Positions 39,362-50,687 are shown, numbered from the stretch's first letter. The stretch is 64,000 nt of DNA from an uncultured bacterium (GCA_934644775.1 CAKUDB010000001.1:36441-100440), one strand, 5' to 3'. The notes: generated by a model from the sequence alone, not told the origin. Numbers and translations: made by a program.

Positions 39362-40070
39362 AGGGAGGCGCATAGTAGCCGTAGAGGACGATCCTCACGT
39401 ATTAGATCTAATTAGAACTACTTTAGAAAGTGCCGGTTTTGTCGTATCTGGAGCTACTACCGGAGCCGAAGGCACTAGGCGTATTCGCGACGAGCTGCCC
39501 GATTTGGTCTTGCTAGACGTTAATTTGCCAGATATGTCGGGCTTTGATGTTTTAGAAGATGTGCGCCGCTCGCTAGGTATACCTTGTATTATGTTGACAG
39601 TCCAGGACAACGAAGACGCCAGAGTGCGCGGCCTGGAACTGGGAGCCGACGATTATATTGGCAAGCCCTTTGGCCATCGCGAACTGGTTAGCCGCATTAA
39701 AGCTGTCTTGCGCCGCTTAGACGCTCCGGCCCCTCTAGCTAGAAATAGAGTCGTTATCGATTCGCGCTTAACTGTAGATTTTGACCGCCGTTTGGCTGAA
39801 GTTGATGGCCAAGAGATCCACTTGCGACCCACCGAATATAAGCTCTTGCACCACTTTATTAACCATCCCGGCAAGTTGCTTAGCCACGAAAACTTACTTT
39901 CCCGAGTGTGGGGGCCCGAATACCGCGACGATACTCAGCTCTTGCGCTTATATGTAAACTATTTGCGCAAAAAGATCGAGCCCGATCCAGCTAATCCGCG
40001 CTATATCTTTAACGAGCGCGGTTTAGGCTACCGTTTTTGCGAATACGAGAAAAAAGATCAGCAAAAATAG
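39336..40070 (+). CDS. OmpR-family response regulator (receiver + winged-helix)
   Basis: Receiver signature RIVAVEDDPH...DLVLLDVNLPDMSG. Winged-helix C-terminus LRLYVNYLRKKIE. The 5' end overlaps the kinase stop. Confidence 0.8.
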   Translation: MMTPTPSYKGRRIVAVEDDPHVLDLIRTTLESAGFVVSGATTGAEGTRRIRDELPDLVLLDVNLPDMSGFDVLEDVRRSLGIPCIMLTVQDNEDARVRGLELGADDYIGKPFGHRELVSRIKAVLRRLDAPAPLARNRVVIDSRLTVDFDRRLAEVDGQEIHLRPTEYKLLHHFINHPGKLLSHENLLSRVWGPEYRDDTQLLRLYVNYLRKKIEPDPANPRYIFNERGLGYRFCEYEKKDQQK

Positions 40071-40090
40071 GGCTGATTAGCTAGTTTACG

Positions 40091-40119
40091 TTGACTTTTC
40101 TCTTGACAAATGCTAGACT
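40091..40119 (+). promoter_or_regulatory. Sigma70-type promoter candidate for str operon (TTGACT-N17-TAGACT)
   Basis: Hexamers at 40091-96 and 40114-19, about 150 nt upstream of rpsL. Confidence 0.45.
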
Positions 40120-40271
40120 TTCATAGCTTTTCTGGGCGATAGGCTCAGAAATTTCTAACTTTTTGTTATTTACCGACTGAACGTGGCTTATCTCCCTTCC
40201 CTTGTCTAAGTAACAAGGTCGAATGTAACGGTCGAGAGAGCTTAAGTCGGCAAAAGTTTGAGGAGTAATTC

Positions 40272-40700
40272 ATGCCCACTATTAACCAGTTGGTGCGTTA
40301 CGGTCGTAAAAAGCCTGTTTACAAGAGCAAGGCCCCCGCATTGCACTTCTCCAACAACTCTTTACTTATGAAGAGAATTGACACCGGCGGCAGCCCCCAA
40401 AAGCAGGGTGTTTGCACCCAGGTCAAAACTGTCACCCCTAAAAAGCCTAACTCCGCTATGCGTAAAGTCGCCCGTGTGCGTCTGACCAACGGTATCGAAG
40501 TTACCGCTTATATCCCCGGTATCGGTCACAACTTGCAAGAGCACTCCGTCGTCCTTATCAGAGGCGGACGTGTAAAAGACCTTCCCGGTGTGCGTTATCA
40601 CATCGTTCGTGGTACCCTGGATGCCGGCGGCGTAGCCAATCGTCGTCAGGGCCGCTCCAAGTACGGTGCCAAGCGCCCCAAGGACGCCAAGAAGAAGTAA
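40272..40700 (+). CDS. rpsL: 30S ribosomal protein S12 (with 14-aa insertion after the conserved PAL motif)
   Basis: MPTINQLVR...[12 protein letters not shown]...[30 protein letters not shown]. Length 142 aa against about 124 typical. Confidence 0.95.
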   Translation: MPTINQLVRYGRKKPVYKSKAPALHFSNNSLLMKRIDTGGSPQKQGVCTQVKTVTPKKPNSAMRKVARVRLTNGIEVTAYIPGIGHNLQEHSVVLIRGGRVKDLPGVRYHIVRGTLDAGGVANRRQGRSKYGAKRPKDAKKK

Positions 40701-40874
40701 GGTTTGAGCCTGGAATTAGGTTCACTACTTCGCTTGTAAGTAAGTTCTCCCGTTTTGAATTGAGAAGGCGGAGAGGATTTGCCCGATATGCAGCTTAGCA
40801 AAGCTTAATTGTTGTCCTGCAGTCCAGCCTACGCCCAGGCTAGAGCGGAGTGCAGTAGACGGAGGAGACAAATA

Positions 40875-41345
40875 ATGTCTAGAAATCGCCGCGCACCTAA
40901 AAGGATCACTATTCCCGATCCGGTGTACCATGATGAAAGATTGACCAAATTCATCAACCGCGTTATGCAGCGTGGTAAGAAGAGCGTCGCTGAAAAGATC
41001 GTTTACGGCGCTTTGGAAATTATTGCCCAGAAGACCGGCAAAGACTCTATGAGCGTTTTCGCTGAAGCTATGGAAAACGCCATGCCTACCGTAGAGGTTC
41101 GCCCTCGTCGTGTCGGTGGTGCCACCTATCAGGTGCCTGTCGAAGTTCGTGAAGAGCGCCGCGTCAGCTTAGGTATGCGTTGGATCCTGGCCAGTGCCAG
41201 AACTAGAGCCGGTCACACCATGCGCGAGAGATTAGCCGACGAGCTGATCGACACTTCCAAGGGCATTGGCAAAGCCGTTAAGAAGAAAGAAGAAACCCAC
41301 CGTATGGCCGAAGCCAACAAGGCTTTCGCTCACTACCGCTGGTAA
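40875..41345 (+). CDS. rpsG: 30S ribosomal protein S7
   Basis: Start trimmed to the ATG with ggagga [13 protein letters not shown]...[19 protein letters not shown]. Confidence 0.95.
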   Translation: MSRNRRAPKRITIPDPVYHDERLTKFINRVMQRGKKSVAEKIVYGALEIIAQKTGKDSMSVFAEAMENAMPTVEVRPRRVGGATYQVPVEVREERRVSLGMRWILASARTRAGHTMRERLADELIDTSKGIGKAVKKKEETHRMAEANKAFAHYRW

Positions 41346-41490
41346 TCTCTTCATAAGGCTTTAGTCCTTTGTTAAGTGGGGCGGAATCTGCCGACTATTC
41401 GGAAGGTTCCGCCCTTCCTAGATTTTGTAAACTGTATAAGTTTATATATCTAGAAGTATCAACGCCCGATTCTTAAAGCTTTTTTTTGCC

Positions 41491-41532
41491 TAGCGCTTGT
41501 ACCTATCGATAGTCGGTATAGCGCTTTTTTTT
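41491..41532 (+). terminator. Rho-independent terminator in the 400-nt rpsG-fusA spacer
   Basis: tagcgcttgtacc-N10-ggtatagcgc-tttttttt. Confidence 0.5.
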
Positions 41533-41741
41533 GAGACTGTCGATTAGGATATTTTTTTGTATACTTTTTCGTATGAAGGGCCGCCTAAGCCAAGTTGTCG
41601 GGAGGGAGATTAGCCGGTTTTGCCTGATTAAAGAATTTAGCCATACTGATAATAACGGAGTGGGGGAAGTTTTCAGCGCCTCTGGGAAAGGCCTACTCTT
41701 TTTTGACTTTATCTTAAAAAGAATCGGGGCAGACAGAATTT

Positions 41742-43910
41742 ATGAGCATAAGTGCAAGCTCATCAGAAACCATAGATGGAACAACTAATCTCGCCAACGA
41801 GATAGTCAGGAATACGTGTGTGACTACTAAAGAAGATATAAATCTAGCCAAAGTGCGCAATATAGGTATAGCTGCGCATATCGACGCCGGTAAGACTACC
41901 ACTACAGAGAGAATCCTTTTTTATACCGGTCGTACCCACAGAATCGGAGATGTCGACGCCGGTTCAGCTACTATGGACTGGATGATCCAAGAAAAAGAGC
42001 GCGGCATTACTATTACTTCCGCCGTAACTACTGCCAGATGGCGCGATCATATTATTAACGTTATCGATACTCCCGGACACGTAGACTTTACCGTAGAAGT
42101 AGAGCGTTCTTTGCGCGTTTTAGACGGTATGGTAGCCGTTTTCTGTGCTGTGGGTGGTGTTCAGCCTCAGTCGGAAACCGTTTGGCGTCAGGCCGATCGC
42201 TATAAAGTGCCTCGTATCGCTTATGTAAATAAGATGGATCGTACCGGAGCTAACTTCTTAAATGTTGTAGAAAAGTTGGCCGAGCGCTTCGGAGCTAATG
42301 CCGTCCCTTGTCAGTTGCCTATCGGTGCCGAGAGCGACTTTATCGGTATGATCGACCTTATCACTATGAAAGCCCGCATCTATCAAGACGAGCTGGGTCA
42401 GAAGTTCGAAGATACCGATATTCCCGCCGATATGCTGGAGCAAGCCCAAGAATATCGGGAAAAGATGGTCTCCGAAGCGGCTGAAGGCGAAGAGGAACTT
42501 ACCGAAAAGTTCCTTATGGGTGAAGAATTGAGCGAAGAAGAGATCCGTCGCGGTTTGCGGGCCCGCTGTATTAAAAATGAGATCGTCCCCGTCTTCTGCG
42601 GTTCTTCTTTCAAAAATAAAGGGGTTCAGTTCCTTTTAGACGCCATTGTCGACTACTTGCCCTCTCCTTTGGAGATTCCCGAGATCCACGCTCACGACGC
42701 CAATACCGATGAAGAAGTCGTGCGCAAGGGCTTAGTCGAGGAGCCTTTGGCCGCTTTGGTCTTTAAGATCGCTACCGATCCTTTCGTAGGTAAGTTGGCC
42801 TTTGTGCGTGTCTATTCTGGCATTTTGAGTGTAGGCAGCGCCGTACTCAACTCTATTAAAGGTAAGCGCGAGCGTATCGGTCGCTTAGTGCGTATGCACG
42901 CCGACCACCGCGAAGACGTTATGGAACTCCATGCGGGCGAATTGGGCGGCGTCTTGGGGCTCAAGCTTTCTACTACTGGCGATACGCTCTGCGACGAAAA
43001 AGCTCCCATTAAGTTGGAGAATATTACTTTCCCCGAGCCGGTTATTTCTGTGGCTATCGAGCCTAAATCTAAGGCCGATCAGGATCGTATGGGCGTAGCT
43101 CTAGGCAAATTAGCCGACGAAGATCCTACATTCAGAACTAGTACCAACCCAGATACCGGACAAACTATGATTGCCGGTATGGGCGAATTACACTTAGATA
43201 TTATCGTAGACCGCTTATTGCGTGAGTTCCAGGTCGACGCCAATGTCGGTCGTCCTCAAGTGGCTTACAAAGAAGCTATACGCAAAACTGTCAAGGCCGA
43301 AGGTAGGTTTGTGCGTCAAACTGGTGGTCGCGGTCAGTTCGGCCACGTTTGGTTGGAAGTCTCTCCCTTGGAGCCGGGTAGCGGTTTCCAGTTCGAGAGC
43401 AAAGTCGTCGGCGGTACGGTACCGAAAGAATACTTTAAGGCCGTCGAGCAAGGCTGTCGCGAAGCGGCTCAGTGTGGCGTTTTGGCTGGTTTCCCCGTAG
43501 TCGACGTCAAAGTCGTCCTCTTCGATGGCTCTTACCACGAAGTCGACTCTTCGGAAATGGCCTTTAAGGTGGCCGGCTCTATGGCTTTCCGAGAAGCGCT
43601 TGGCAAAAATGATTGCTACATTAAAGAGCCGATCATGAAAGTGGAAATTGAAGTCCCGGACAACTACTTAGGCGATGTTATTGGCGATATTAATGGACGT
43701 CGCGGTAAGATTGAGAGCTTAGACGTCGATTCTAACAATATCCAGATAGTTAAGGCCCAAGCTCCTTTGGCCGAGATGTTTGGCTATACCACTACTTTGC
43801 GCAATATCTCCCAAGGTCGCGGTACCGCTTCTATGCAGTTCGGTTTCTATGCTGAAGTACCCAAAAATATTCAGGATCAGATTATTAACCGTATAACTGG
43901 CAGAATCTAA
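41742..43910 (+). CDS. fusA: Elongation factor G
   Basis: G-domain [31 protein letters not shown]. The ATG 41742 start gives a 26-aa N-terminal extension. An alternative GTG at 41820 with aggaa 7 nt upstream gives the canonical N-terminus (M)[16 protein letters not shown]. Confidence 0.9.
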   Translation: MSISASSSETIDGTTNLANEIVRNTCVTTKEDINLAKVRNIGIAAHIDAGKTTTTERILFYTGRTHRIGDVDAGSATMDWMIQEKERGITITSAVTTARWRDHIINVIDTPGHVDFTVEVERSLRVLDGMVAVFCAVGGVQPQSETVWRQADRYKVPRIAYVNKMDRTGANFLNVVEKLAERFGANAVPCQLPIGAESDFIGMIDLITMKARIYQDELGQKFEDTDIPADMLEQAQEYREKMVSEAAEGEEELTEKFLMGEELSEEEIRRGLRARCIKNEIVPVFCGSSFKNKGVQFLLDAIVDYLPSPLEIPEIHAHDANTDEEVVRKGLVEEPLAALVFKIATDPFVGKLAFVRVYSGILSVGSAVLNSIKGKRERIGRLVRMHADHREDVMELHAGELGGVLGLKLSTTGDTLCDEKAPIKLENITFPEPVISVAIEPKSKADQDRMGVALGKLADEDPTFRTSTNPDTGQTMIAGMGELHLDIIVDRLLREFQVDANVGRPQVAYKEAIRKTVKAEGRFVRQTGGRGQFGHVWLEVSPLEPGSGFQFESKVVGGTVPKEYFKAVEQGCREAAQCGVLAGFPVVDVKVVLFDGSYHEVDSSEMAFKVAGSMAFREALGKNDCYIKEPIMKVEIEVPDNYLGDVIGDINGRRGKIESLDVDSNNIQIVKAQAPLAEMFGYTTTLRNISQGRGTASMQFGFYAEVPKNIQDQIINRITGRI

Positions 43911-44236
43911 GGCTGAGATATTGAACTTTTAAGGGGGCGGCTGGAAATTTTATGGGGCCCAACCGCTCTAAGCCTCTCCTCTAGGGGGAGGCAGGAATTT
44001 TTTTCTTAGTTCCCAAATAAAATACGAATAAATCTTTCTAGGATACTTTACAAGACAATCGCTTTAGAGTAAAATCCCCGAAGGGTGTATTCTTTTTGTG
44101 TGAGAGCTTGAACGCTTTAATGGCGAAGCTCGACGCGATACAGCTGCTTTTTTTGTCAGCTGGTATATAGTTTTTCTACTACAAAATAGCAAACTCCGGG
44201 ATAGCCTGTCTGCTCTCTCGGAATGGAGGAATAATA

Positions 44237-45439
44237 ATGGGCAAGGAACATTTTGTTCGTAATAAGCCTCACGTAAACGTAGGTACTATCGGACACGTAG
44301 ACCATGGTAAAACCACTCTCACCGCCGCTATCTTGACGGTTCTCTCTAAGGCTGGCCAAGCCGAGTTTAAGCCCGTAGACGAAATCGACGGCGCCCCTGA
44401 AGAGAAGGCTCGTGGTATCACGATCGCTATCTGCCACGTAGAGTACGAGACCGAAAAGCGTCACTACGCTCACGTAGACTGCCCTGGACACGCCGACTAT
44501 ATCAAGAACATGATTACCGGTGCTGCTCAGATGGACGGTGCTATCCTGGTTGTAGCCGCTACCGATGGTCCTATGCCTCAGACCCGTGAGCACATCCTCC
44601 TCGCCCGTCAGGTAAACGTACCCGCCTTGGTCGTATTCTTGAACAAGTGCGACATGGTAGATGACCCTGAGTTGATCGAACTGGTGGAAATGGAACTTCG
44701 TGATCTCCTTTCCGACTACGGTTTCGATGGCGAAAACACTCCCATTATCACCGGTTCCGCCCTCAAAGCTTTAGAGTGCGGCTGCGCCAGCAGAGAGTGC
44801 AAATGGTGCGGAGCTATCTGGAAACTTCTCGACGCCGTCGACACTTGGATCCCCGAGCCTCAGCGTCCCGTTGACCAGCCCTTCTTGCTCCCCGTCGAAG
44901 ACGTCTTCACCATTACCGGTCGCGGTACCGTTGCTACCGGCCGTGTAGAGCGTGGTAAGATCCACACTGGTGACGAAGTTGAAATCGTCGGTATCCATGA
45001 AGAGACCCGCAAAGTCGTCGTAACCGGCGTCGAGATGTTCCACAAAATCCTCGACGAAGGTATGGCCGGTGACAACGTCGGTGTATTGCTGCGCGGCGTA
45101 GAGCGTAAAGACATCGTTCGCGGTATGGTATTGGCTAAGCCCGGTTCCATTAAGCCCCACACCAAGTTCGTGGCCCGCGTTATGGTTCTTAAGAAAGAAG
45201 AAGGCGGTCGTCACAAGCCCTTCTTCTCCGGCTATCGTCCTCAGTTCTACTTCCGTACGACTGACGTAACCGGTACCATTAACTTGCCCGAAGGCGTAGA
45301 AATGGTAATGCCTGGCGACCACATTGATATGACCGTTGAGCTCATTCAGCCCATCGCCATTGAGAAGAACCTCCGCTTCGCTATCCGCGAGGGCGGCAGA
45401 ACCGTTGGCGCTGGTGTCGTAACCGAGATCATCGAGTAG
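44237..45439 (+). CDS. tuf: Elongation factor Tu (with Cys4 insertion [12 protein letters not shown] in domain 1)
   Basis: [22 protein letters not shown]. 400 aa. Confidence 0.95.
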   Translation: MGKEHFVRNKPHVNVGTIGHVDHGKTTLTAAILTVLSKAGQAEFKPVDEIDGAPEEKARGITIAICHVEYETEKRHYAHVDCPGHADYIKNMITGAAQMDGAILVVAATDGPMPQTREHILLARQVNVPALVVFLNKCDMVDDPELIELVEMELRDLLSDYGFDGENTPIITGSALKALECGCASRECKWCGAIWKLLDAVDTWIPEPQRPVDQPFLLPVEDVFTITGRGTVATGRVERGKIHTGDEVEIVGIHEETRKVVVTGVEMFHKILDEGMAGDNVGVLLRGVERKDIVRGMVLAKPGSIKPHTKFVARVMVLKKEEGGRHKPFFSGYRPQFYFRTTDVTGTINLPEGVEMVMPGDHIDMTVELIQPIAIEKNLRFAIREGGRTVGAGVVTEIIE

Positions 45440-45537
45440 GTTTTGTAAATAGGTCACTATTTAGTTTTATCATCCGGTTTTCGGCTTCGCGGCTGGGGGC
45501 CGGATGATAAATTGTGACCTGTCCATTAGGAGGAAAA

Positions 45538-45849
45538 ATGTCCAAACAGAGGATCCGTATTCGTCTTAAAGCCTTTGACTATGCGCTTTTAGATGATTCG
45601 GCCGAAAAGATTGTGCAGATCGCCCGTCAGACTGGCGCTCACATTTCCGGTCCCGTGCCCCTTCCTACCGAGAAGAATGTATGGTGCGTAAACCGTTCTC
45701 CCTTCGTCGATAAGAAGTCCCGTGAGCACTTTGAGATCCGTACCCACAAGCGTTTAATCGACATCTATTTCGATCAGTCTCAAAAGACCATCGAACAGCT
45801 TATGAAGGTAGACCTTCCCGCTGGCGTCGATATCGAGATCAGAAGCTAA
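45538..45849 (+). CDS. rpsJ: 30S ribosomal protein S10
   Basis: Trimmed to ATG with aggaggaaaa [17 protein letters not shown]. Confidence 0.95.
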   Translation: MSKQRIRIRLKAFDYALLDDSAEKIVQIARQTGAHISGPVPLPTEKNVWCVNRSPFVDKKSREHFEIRTHKRLIDIYFDQSQKTIEQLMKVDLPAGVDIEIRS

Positions 45850-45971
45850 TTAGCCAGCCAAGGCAACTATAGATTAAGTTGTCTTGCAGCCGCTGGGTAA
45901 GGACGAGGTCGATTGTCCGCAAGCTGCATCCCACCTCGCTTGAGAGCGAGCAAGAAAATAGAGGAATAACA

Positions 45972-46595
45972 ATGAGAGCCATTTTAGGCAAAAAAGTTGG
46001 TATGACTCAGGTTTACGACGAGAAGGGTGTGATCGTTCCCGTCACCGTTATTGAGGCCGGTCCCTGTGTCGTAGTCCAAAAGCGCACCAAAGAAAATGAC
46101 GGTTACGAAGCCATTCAGGTTGGTTTCGGCGAGATCCGTGACAAGTTAGTTAATAAGCCCCGTGCCGGTCACTTCAAGAAGCACGGTGTAGCCAATAAGC
46201 GTTATTTAAGAGAATTCCGTTTAGATGATTCCGCTTCTTACGAGGTTGGTCAGGAAATTAAAGTTGACGTCTTCCAGGCTGGCGATAAAGTAGATGTTAT
46301 GGGAACCTCCAAAGGTAAAGGTTTCCAGGGCGGTATGAAGAGACACAACTTCGGTGGTGGCGGTAACTCCCACGGATCCATGTCTCACCGCGTGCCCGCT
46401 TCCAGCGGCGCTACTGATGCTGCTCGTGTATTCCCCGGCACCAGAAAACCTGGTCATATGGGTGATGTCCGCGTAACAACTCAGGGACTTACTGTTGTTC
46501 GCGTAGATTTAGAGCGTAACGTATTGTTAGTAAAAGGCTCAGTCCCCGGTCCGAACCAAGGCTTGGTCACTATTCGGACTTCTGTCAAGAAGTAA
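45972..46595 (+). CDS. rplC: 50S ribosomal protein L3
   Basis: Trimmed start. [19 protein letters not shown]. Confidence 0.95.
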   Translation: MRAILGKKVGMTQVYDEKGVIVPVTVIEAGPCVVVQKRTKENDGYEAIQVGFGEIRDKLVNKPRAGHFKKHGVANKRYLREFRLDDSASYEVGQEIKVDVFQAGDKVDVMGTSKGKGFQGGMKRHNFGGGGNSHGSMSHRVPASSGATDAARVFPGTRKPGHMGDVRVTTQGLTVVRVDLERNVLLVKGSVPGPNQGLVTIRTSVKK

Positions 46596-46628
46596 TAAAC
46601 AGTTTCAGGAAAGGCTCAGGAAATTACG

Positions 46629-47261
46629 ATGCCTAAGGTATCCCTTTACAACATGAAGGGCGAGACTGTTGGGGAGCTGGAGCTCAACCAAGAAGTCTTC
46701 GCCGTGCCCTACAACGAGGCACTTATTCACCAGGTTATGGTTTCTCTGCGCGCCAATCAGCGTCAGGGAAACGCTAAGACCAAGACCCGCGGAGAAGTCT
46801 CTGGCGGAGGAAGAAAACCTTTCCGTCAGAAGGGTACTGGTATGGCCCGTCAGGGTTCAAGACGTTCTCCTTTGATGCGCGGTGGTGCTATCACTTTCGG
46901 CCCCGTCGTGCGCAGCTACACTCAGGCTATTCCTCGCAAAATGCGTCGTTTAGCTTTGCGCAGTGCTCTTTCTCAGCGCGTGAACGAGTCTGTTTTGACC
47001 GCTCTGGATGCTCTTAAGATCGAAGAGTACAAAACTAAAGATTTTATCGCCGTTTTGGACGCCATCAAAGTTCAGCCTACCGAAGGGCGCGTTTTGGTCG
47101 TTCTCAAAGACGCCGACAAGAAAACCTTGAAGTCCGCTGCCAATATTCCTAACGTTCGCGTGGTTGAAGCTCGCAACTTAAACTTGCTGGATGTTATCGA
47201 TTATCCTAGGCTTGTGGCTACCAGCGACGCCTTGAAAGCTATCGAGGAGGGCTTAGCATAA
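46629..47261 (+). CDS. rplD: 50S ribosomal protein L4
   Basis: Position and size (210 aa). GGGRKPFRQKGTGMARQGS. Confidence 0.95.
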   Translation: MPKVSLYNMKGETVGELELNQEVFAVPYNEALIHQVMVSLRANQRQGNAKTKTRGEVSGGGRKPFRQKGTGMARQGSRRSPLMRGGAITFGPVVRSYTQAIPRKMRRLALRSALSQRVNESVLTALDALKIEEYKTKDFIAVLDAIKVQPTEGRVLVVLKDADKKTLKSAANIPNVRVVEARNLNLLDVIDYPRLVATSDALKAIEEGLA

Positions 47262-47599
47262 TGGCTACTCAGAAGATTACCAGCAGCGTACACAATCTCC
47301 GCTACAGCACTCACGACGTACTCCTTCGCCCCCTCATCACTGAGAAGAGCATGGAGCAACATGCTGACAATAAGTATACCTTCTTGGTAGACCTTAAAGC
47401 CAACAAGTTCGATATTCGCAACGCCGTCGAGTCCATGTTCAACGTCACCGTCACCAAAGTGACGACCGTGCGCATGAGAGGCAAAGTCAAGAGACGCGGC
47501 CGTGTTTATGGCAAGCGCCCCGATTACAAGAAGGCTTATGTCTCCGTCAAGGCCGGTGACAAGATTGAAGTAGCTGGCGCTCCTTTGTTTGAGAACTAA
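47261..47599 (+). CDS. rplW: 50S ribosomal protein L23
   Basis: Position. Overlaps the rplD stop. ...LRPLITEKS.... Confidence 0.9.
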   Translation: MATQKITSSVHNLRYSTHDVLLRPLITEKSMEQHADNKYTFLVDLKANKFDIRNAVESMFNVTVTKVTTVRMRGKVKRRGRVYGKRPDYKKAYVSVKAGDKIEVAGAPLFEN

Positions 47600-47921
47600 T
47601 CTCTCAATCTAATGGAATAAGAGAGGCCGATCGGAAGAAGTTCTGATCAGCCTCTTTTTTGTTTAAAAATGTAAACATAAAGTCACAATTAACTAAAAAA
47701 ATGAAAAAACCGAAAAAAAAGCCTTTATAAGGGCTCCATGCTCTTGAAAAATTGGCGTTTTTGTGCTTAAATTGCCAAGCATGGCTATGAGGTTTCTCCC
47801 TCCATCTGTTTGAGAGATGATGGGAGTGATTTTTTTTTGTGAAACCTCAGTTGCGGGTGCAAATGGTGGCCAAACTTTATGGCTTTGGCTGCTAGCGTAT
47901 ACCCGCGGAAGGAGAACTTAA
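47600..47921 (+). other. Unusual 320-nt highly structured, A/T-rich spacer between rplW and rplB (terminator-like hairpin + nested stem-loops); possible attenuator/ncRNA/leader
   Basis: agaggc-N24-gcctct-tttttt at 47622-47660. ccatgct...agcatgg at about 47736-47785. gaggtttc-N45-gaaacctc at about 47790-47850, with an internal T9 run. Confidence 0.4.
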
Positions 47922-48746
47922 GTGCCAACCAGACTTTATAAGCCGACTACTAACGGTCGCCGTTTTATGTCGGTGATGGACAACAGCAATTTAAGCAAGT
48001 GCAAACCTGAGGAGTCTTTGCTCGCTCCTCGCAAAGTAACGGCCGGCCGCAATGCTCAGGGCCGCGTTACCGCTCGCCATCGCGGCGGCGGTCACAAGCG
48101 TCAGTATCGTATCATCGACTGGCGTCGTGACAAAGATAATATCCCCGCTCGCGTAGCTACTATCGAGTACGATCCTAACCGTTCTGCTCATATCGCTTTG
48201 CTCAACTACGTTGATGGTGAGAAGCGCTACATCTTGGCCGCCAACAATATGAAAGTTGGCGACAAAGTCATTTCCGGCGACGCTCAAGATATTAAAGTCG
48301 GCAATGCCATGATGCTTCAGAGCATGCCTATTGGTACTATTGTACATAACGTCGAATTGAAACCCGGTCGCGGTGCTCAAATGGCCCGCTCTGCCGGTTC
48401 CTCTGCTCAGTTGATGGCCAAAGAGGGGCGTTTCGCTCTCTTGCGTCTGCCTTCTTCTGAAGTACGTAAAGTGCCTATCACCTGCCGCGCTACCGTCGGC
48501 CAGGTGGGCAACGTTGACCACGAAAACATGATGATCGGTAAAGCCGGTCGCTCTCGCTGGATGGGTAAGCGACCCCACATCCGTGGTGTGGCTACCAACC
48601 CGTGTGACCATCCCCATGGCGGCGGTGAAGCTAGGTCTACTCCTGGCCGTCCCAGCACGACTCCTTGGGGTAAGCCCACTTACGGTTTGAAGACCCGCAG
48701 AAAACAGCCCGGCGACAAGATGATTGTGAGACGTCGCAGCTGCTAG
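47922..48746 (+). CDS. rplB: 50S ribosomal protein L2
   Basis: GTG start. ...[22 protein letters not shown]...HPHGGGE. Confidence 0.95.
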   Translation: MPTRLYKPTTNGRRFMSVMDNSNLSKCKPEESLLAPRKVTAGRNAQGRVTARHRGGGHKRQYRIIDWRRDKDNIPARVATIEYDPNRSAHIALLNYVDGEKRYILAANNMKVGDKVISGDAQDIKVGNAMMLQSMPIGTIVHNVELKPGRGAQMARSAGSSAQLMAKEGRFALLRLPSSEVRKVPITCRATVGQVGNVDHENMMIGKAGRSRWMGKRPHIRGVATNPCDHPHGGGEARSTPGRPSTTPWGKPTYGLKTRRKQPGDKMIVRRRSC

Positions 48747-48808
48747 TAAGGTCAGCTAGGTACTTGGCCTTAGCTTTTAGGCCCGTACCTCATTTATGGA
48801 GGATTTAG

Positions 48809-49102
48809 ATGTCACGTTCAGTGAAAAAAGGCCCATTTGTGGCTGAACATCTTCAGAAGAAGATCGAAAAACTCAACGCCAGTAACCAGAAAAATTTGGT
48901 AAAAACCTGGTCTCGTGCCAGCACTATCACCCCTGAAATGATCGGTCACACCATTGCCGTTCACAACGGTCGCACTCACGTTTCCGTTTATGTTGCTGAA
49001 GAGATGGTCGGTCACAAGTTGGGTGAGTTCGCTCCCACCAGACTCTTCCGCGGTCACGCCGGCGGCAAAGCTGAGAAGAAGAGCAAGGTCGCTAAGAAGT
49101 AA
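48809..49102 (+). CDS. rpsS: 30S ribosomal protein S19
   Basis: [15 protein letters not shown]...[10 protein letters not shown]. Confidence 0.95.
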   Translation: MSRSVKKGPFVAEHLQKKIEKLNASNQKNLVKTWSRASTITPEMIGHTIAVHNGRTHVSVYVAEEMVGHKLGEFAPTRLFRGHAGGKAEKKSKVAKK

Positions 49103-49133
49103 TTCTGGCTTATAGGAAAATCTTGGAGGAATT

Positions 49134-49520
49134 ATGGCAGTTAAAGGTTCAGAAGCAGCCGCCAAGACCGAAGAATTAACGGTTAGAGCTGTTGCTAAGT
49201 ACGTCCACATGACCCCGCGCAAATTGCGCCTTTGCGCTCAGGCTATTTATAATAAGCCCGCCGTGGCTGCTGTTAATATGCTGCGCTTCACTAACAAACG
49301 CGCTGCCGGCACCATGCTTAAAGTTTTAGAGTCCGCTATGGCCAATGCTGTAAACAACCACGGCCTCGACGTCGACAAACTCGTTGTTTATCGCGCTTTC
49401 GTAGATGAAGGCCCCACCGGTAAAGGTTGGCTCCCTCGCTCTCGCGGTCGTGCTAGTCAGCTTCACAAGAGAACTAGTCACATCACCGTCGTTGTCAAAG
49501 AGAAGGAGAATGTACACTAA
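49134..49520 (+). CDS. rplV: 50S ribosomal protein L22
   Basis: Position. ...[10 protein letters not shown]. Confidence 0.9.
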   Translation: MAVKGSEAAAKTEELTVRAVAKYVHMTPRKLRLCAQAIYNKPAVAAVNMLRFTNKRAAGTMLKVLESAMANAVNNHGLDVDKLVVYRAFVDEGPTGKGWLPRSRGRASQLHKRTSHITVVVKEKENVH

Positions 49521-50149
49521 TGGGTCAGAAAATTCATCCCAATGGTTTGCGTGTCGGCATCATCAGAGGCTGGGACTCTCGTTGGTATAGTCAGAAAGAA
49601 TATGCCAATTGGCTGCGCGAAGATATGCGCATTCGCGATTTTATTACCAAGTTCCATAAGAACGCCGGTGTAACTAAGGTCGAGATCGAGCGCGCCAGTA
49701 AAGTACACGTTATCGTCAATACCGCTAAGCCCGGTTTGGTAATCGGTAAAAAAGGTGCCGGTATCGATGATCTTCGCGGTCGTCTTGAGAAGATGACTTC
49801 CAAGTCGGTAAAGATCTCCATCCAAGAGATCAACCAGCACGAACTTGAAGCTTCTTTAGTAGCCGAAAATATTGCTGACGCTTTAGTAAAGCGCGTGACT
49901 TTCCGCCGCGCTATGAAGCAAGCCGCTCAGCGTGTTATGAAAGCTGGAGCTAAGGGTATCCGCATTCAGGTTTCCGGTCGTTTGGGCGGAAGCGAAATCG
50001 CTCGTACCGAGCGTACTTTCAATGGTAAAGTGCCTTTGCACACCTTGAGAGCCGATGTAGACTACTCTATTAAAGAAGCTAACACCACTTACGGTGTGAT
50101 TGGCGTAAAAGTTTGGATCTATCGCGGCGACATTTTGTCCAAGCGCTAA
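49520..50149 (+). CDS. rpsC: 30S ribosomal protein S3
   Basis: [25 protein letters not shown] domain. Confidence 0.95.
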   Translation: MGQKIHPNGLRVGIIRGWDSRWYSQKEYANWLREDMRIRDFITKFHKNAGVTKVEIERASKVHVIVNTAKPGLVIGKKGAGIDDLRGRLEKMTSKSVKISIQEINQHELEASLVAENIADALVKRVTFRRAMKQAAQRVMKAGAKGIRIQVSGRLGGSEIARTERTFNGKVPLHTLRADVDYSIKEANTTYGVIGVKVWIYRGDILSKR

Positions 50150-50262
50150 CAAACTGTTTACAACAAGACGCTAAGTTTTTTCGCACGTAACTTGCAAAAG
50201 TTGGGCTGGTGTTTTATACTAGTTCAGCATTTTGCAGTTACGATCGCGTGGAGGATAGGATT

Positions 50263-50685
50263 ATGTTAAGCCCCAAGAGGGTTAAGTATCGTAAGACGCA
50301 CCGTGGCCGTATGACAGGAAAGGCCCAGCGCGGTAATACCGTGGCCTTTGGTGAGTATGGGATCCAGAGCCTTGAGCCTTGTTGGGTGACCGACAGGCAG
50401 ATCGAAGCCGCTCGTGTCGCTATGACGCGCTTTATTAAACGCGGTGGTAAAGTCTGGATTAAAGTTTTCCCTGATAAGTCGGCAACTAAGAAGCCCGCTG
50501 AAACTCGTATGGGCTCCGGTAAAGGTGCTCCTGATTTTTGGGTGGCCGTTGTACATACCGGCAGAGTATTGTTTGAAGTTGCGGGAGTCCCTGAAGATGT
50601 AGCTCGTGAAGCTATGCGTTTAGCCGCTCACAAGCTCCCTATGAAAACCCGCTTTGTTACCCGTGAAAGATTGGGTGGTGAATAA
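50263..50685 (+). CDS. rplP: 50S ribosomal protein L16
   Basis: Trimmed to ATG with ggagga [20 protein letters not shown]. Confidence 0.95.
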   Translation: MLSPKRVKYRKTHRGRMTGKAQRGNTVAFGEYGIQSLEPCWVTDRQIEAARVAMTRFIKRGGKVWIKVFPDKSATKKPAETRMGSGKGAPDFWVAVVHTGRVLFEVAGVPEDVAREAMRLAAHKLPMKTRFVTRERLGGE

Positions 50686-50687
50686 TT

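Noticed and set aside
41531-41788. 85-aa ORF in the rpsG-fusA spacer
   Set aside because: It overlaps the terminator hairpin and the fusA start region. It has a TTG-type start without an RBS, and it would make a compositionally odd peptide.
44771-45457. 228-aa minus-strand ORF antisense to tuf and 208-aa ORF (47991-48617) antisense to rplB
   Set aside because: These lie fully inside highly conserved essential genes on the opposite strand. They are typical shadow ORFs.
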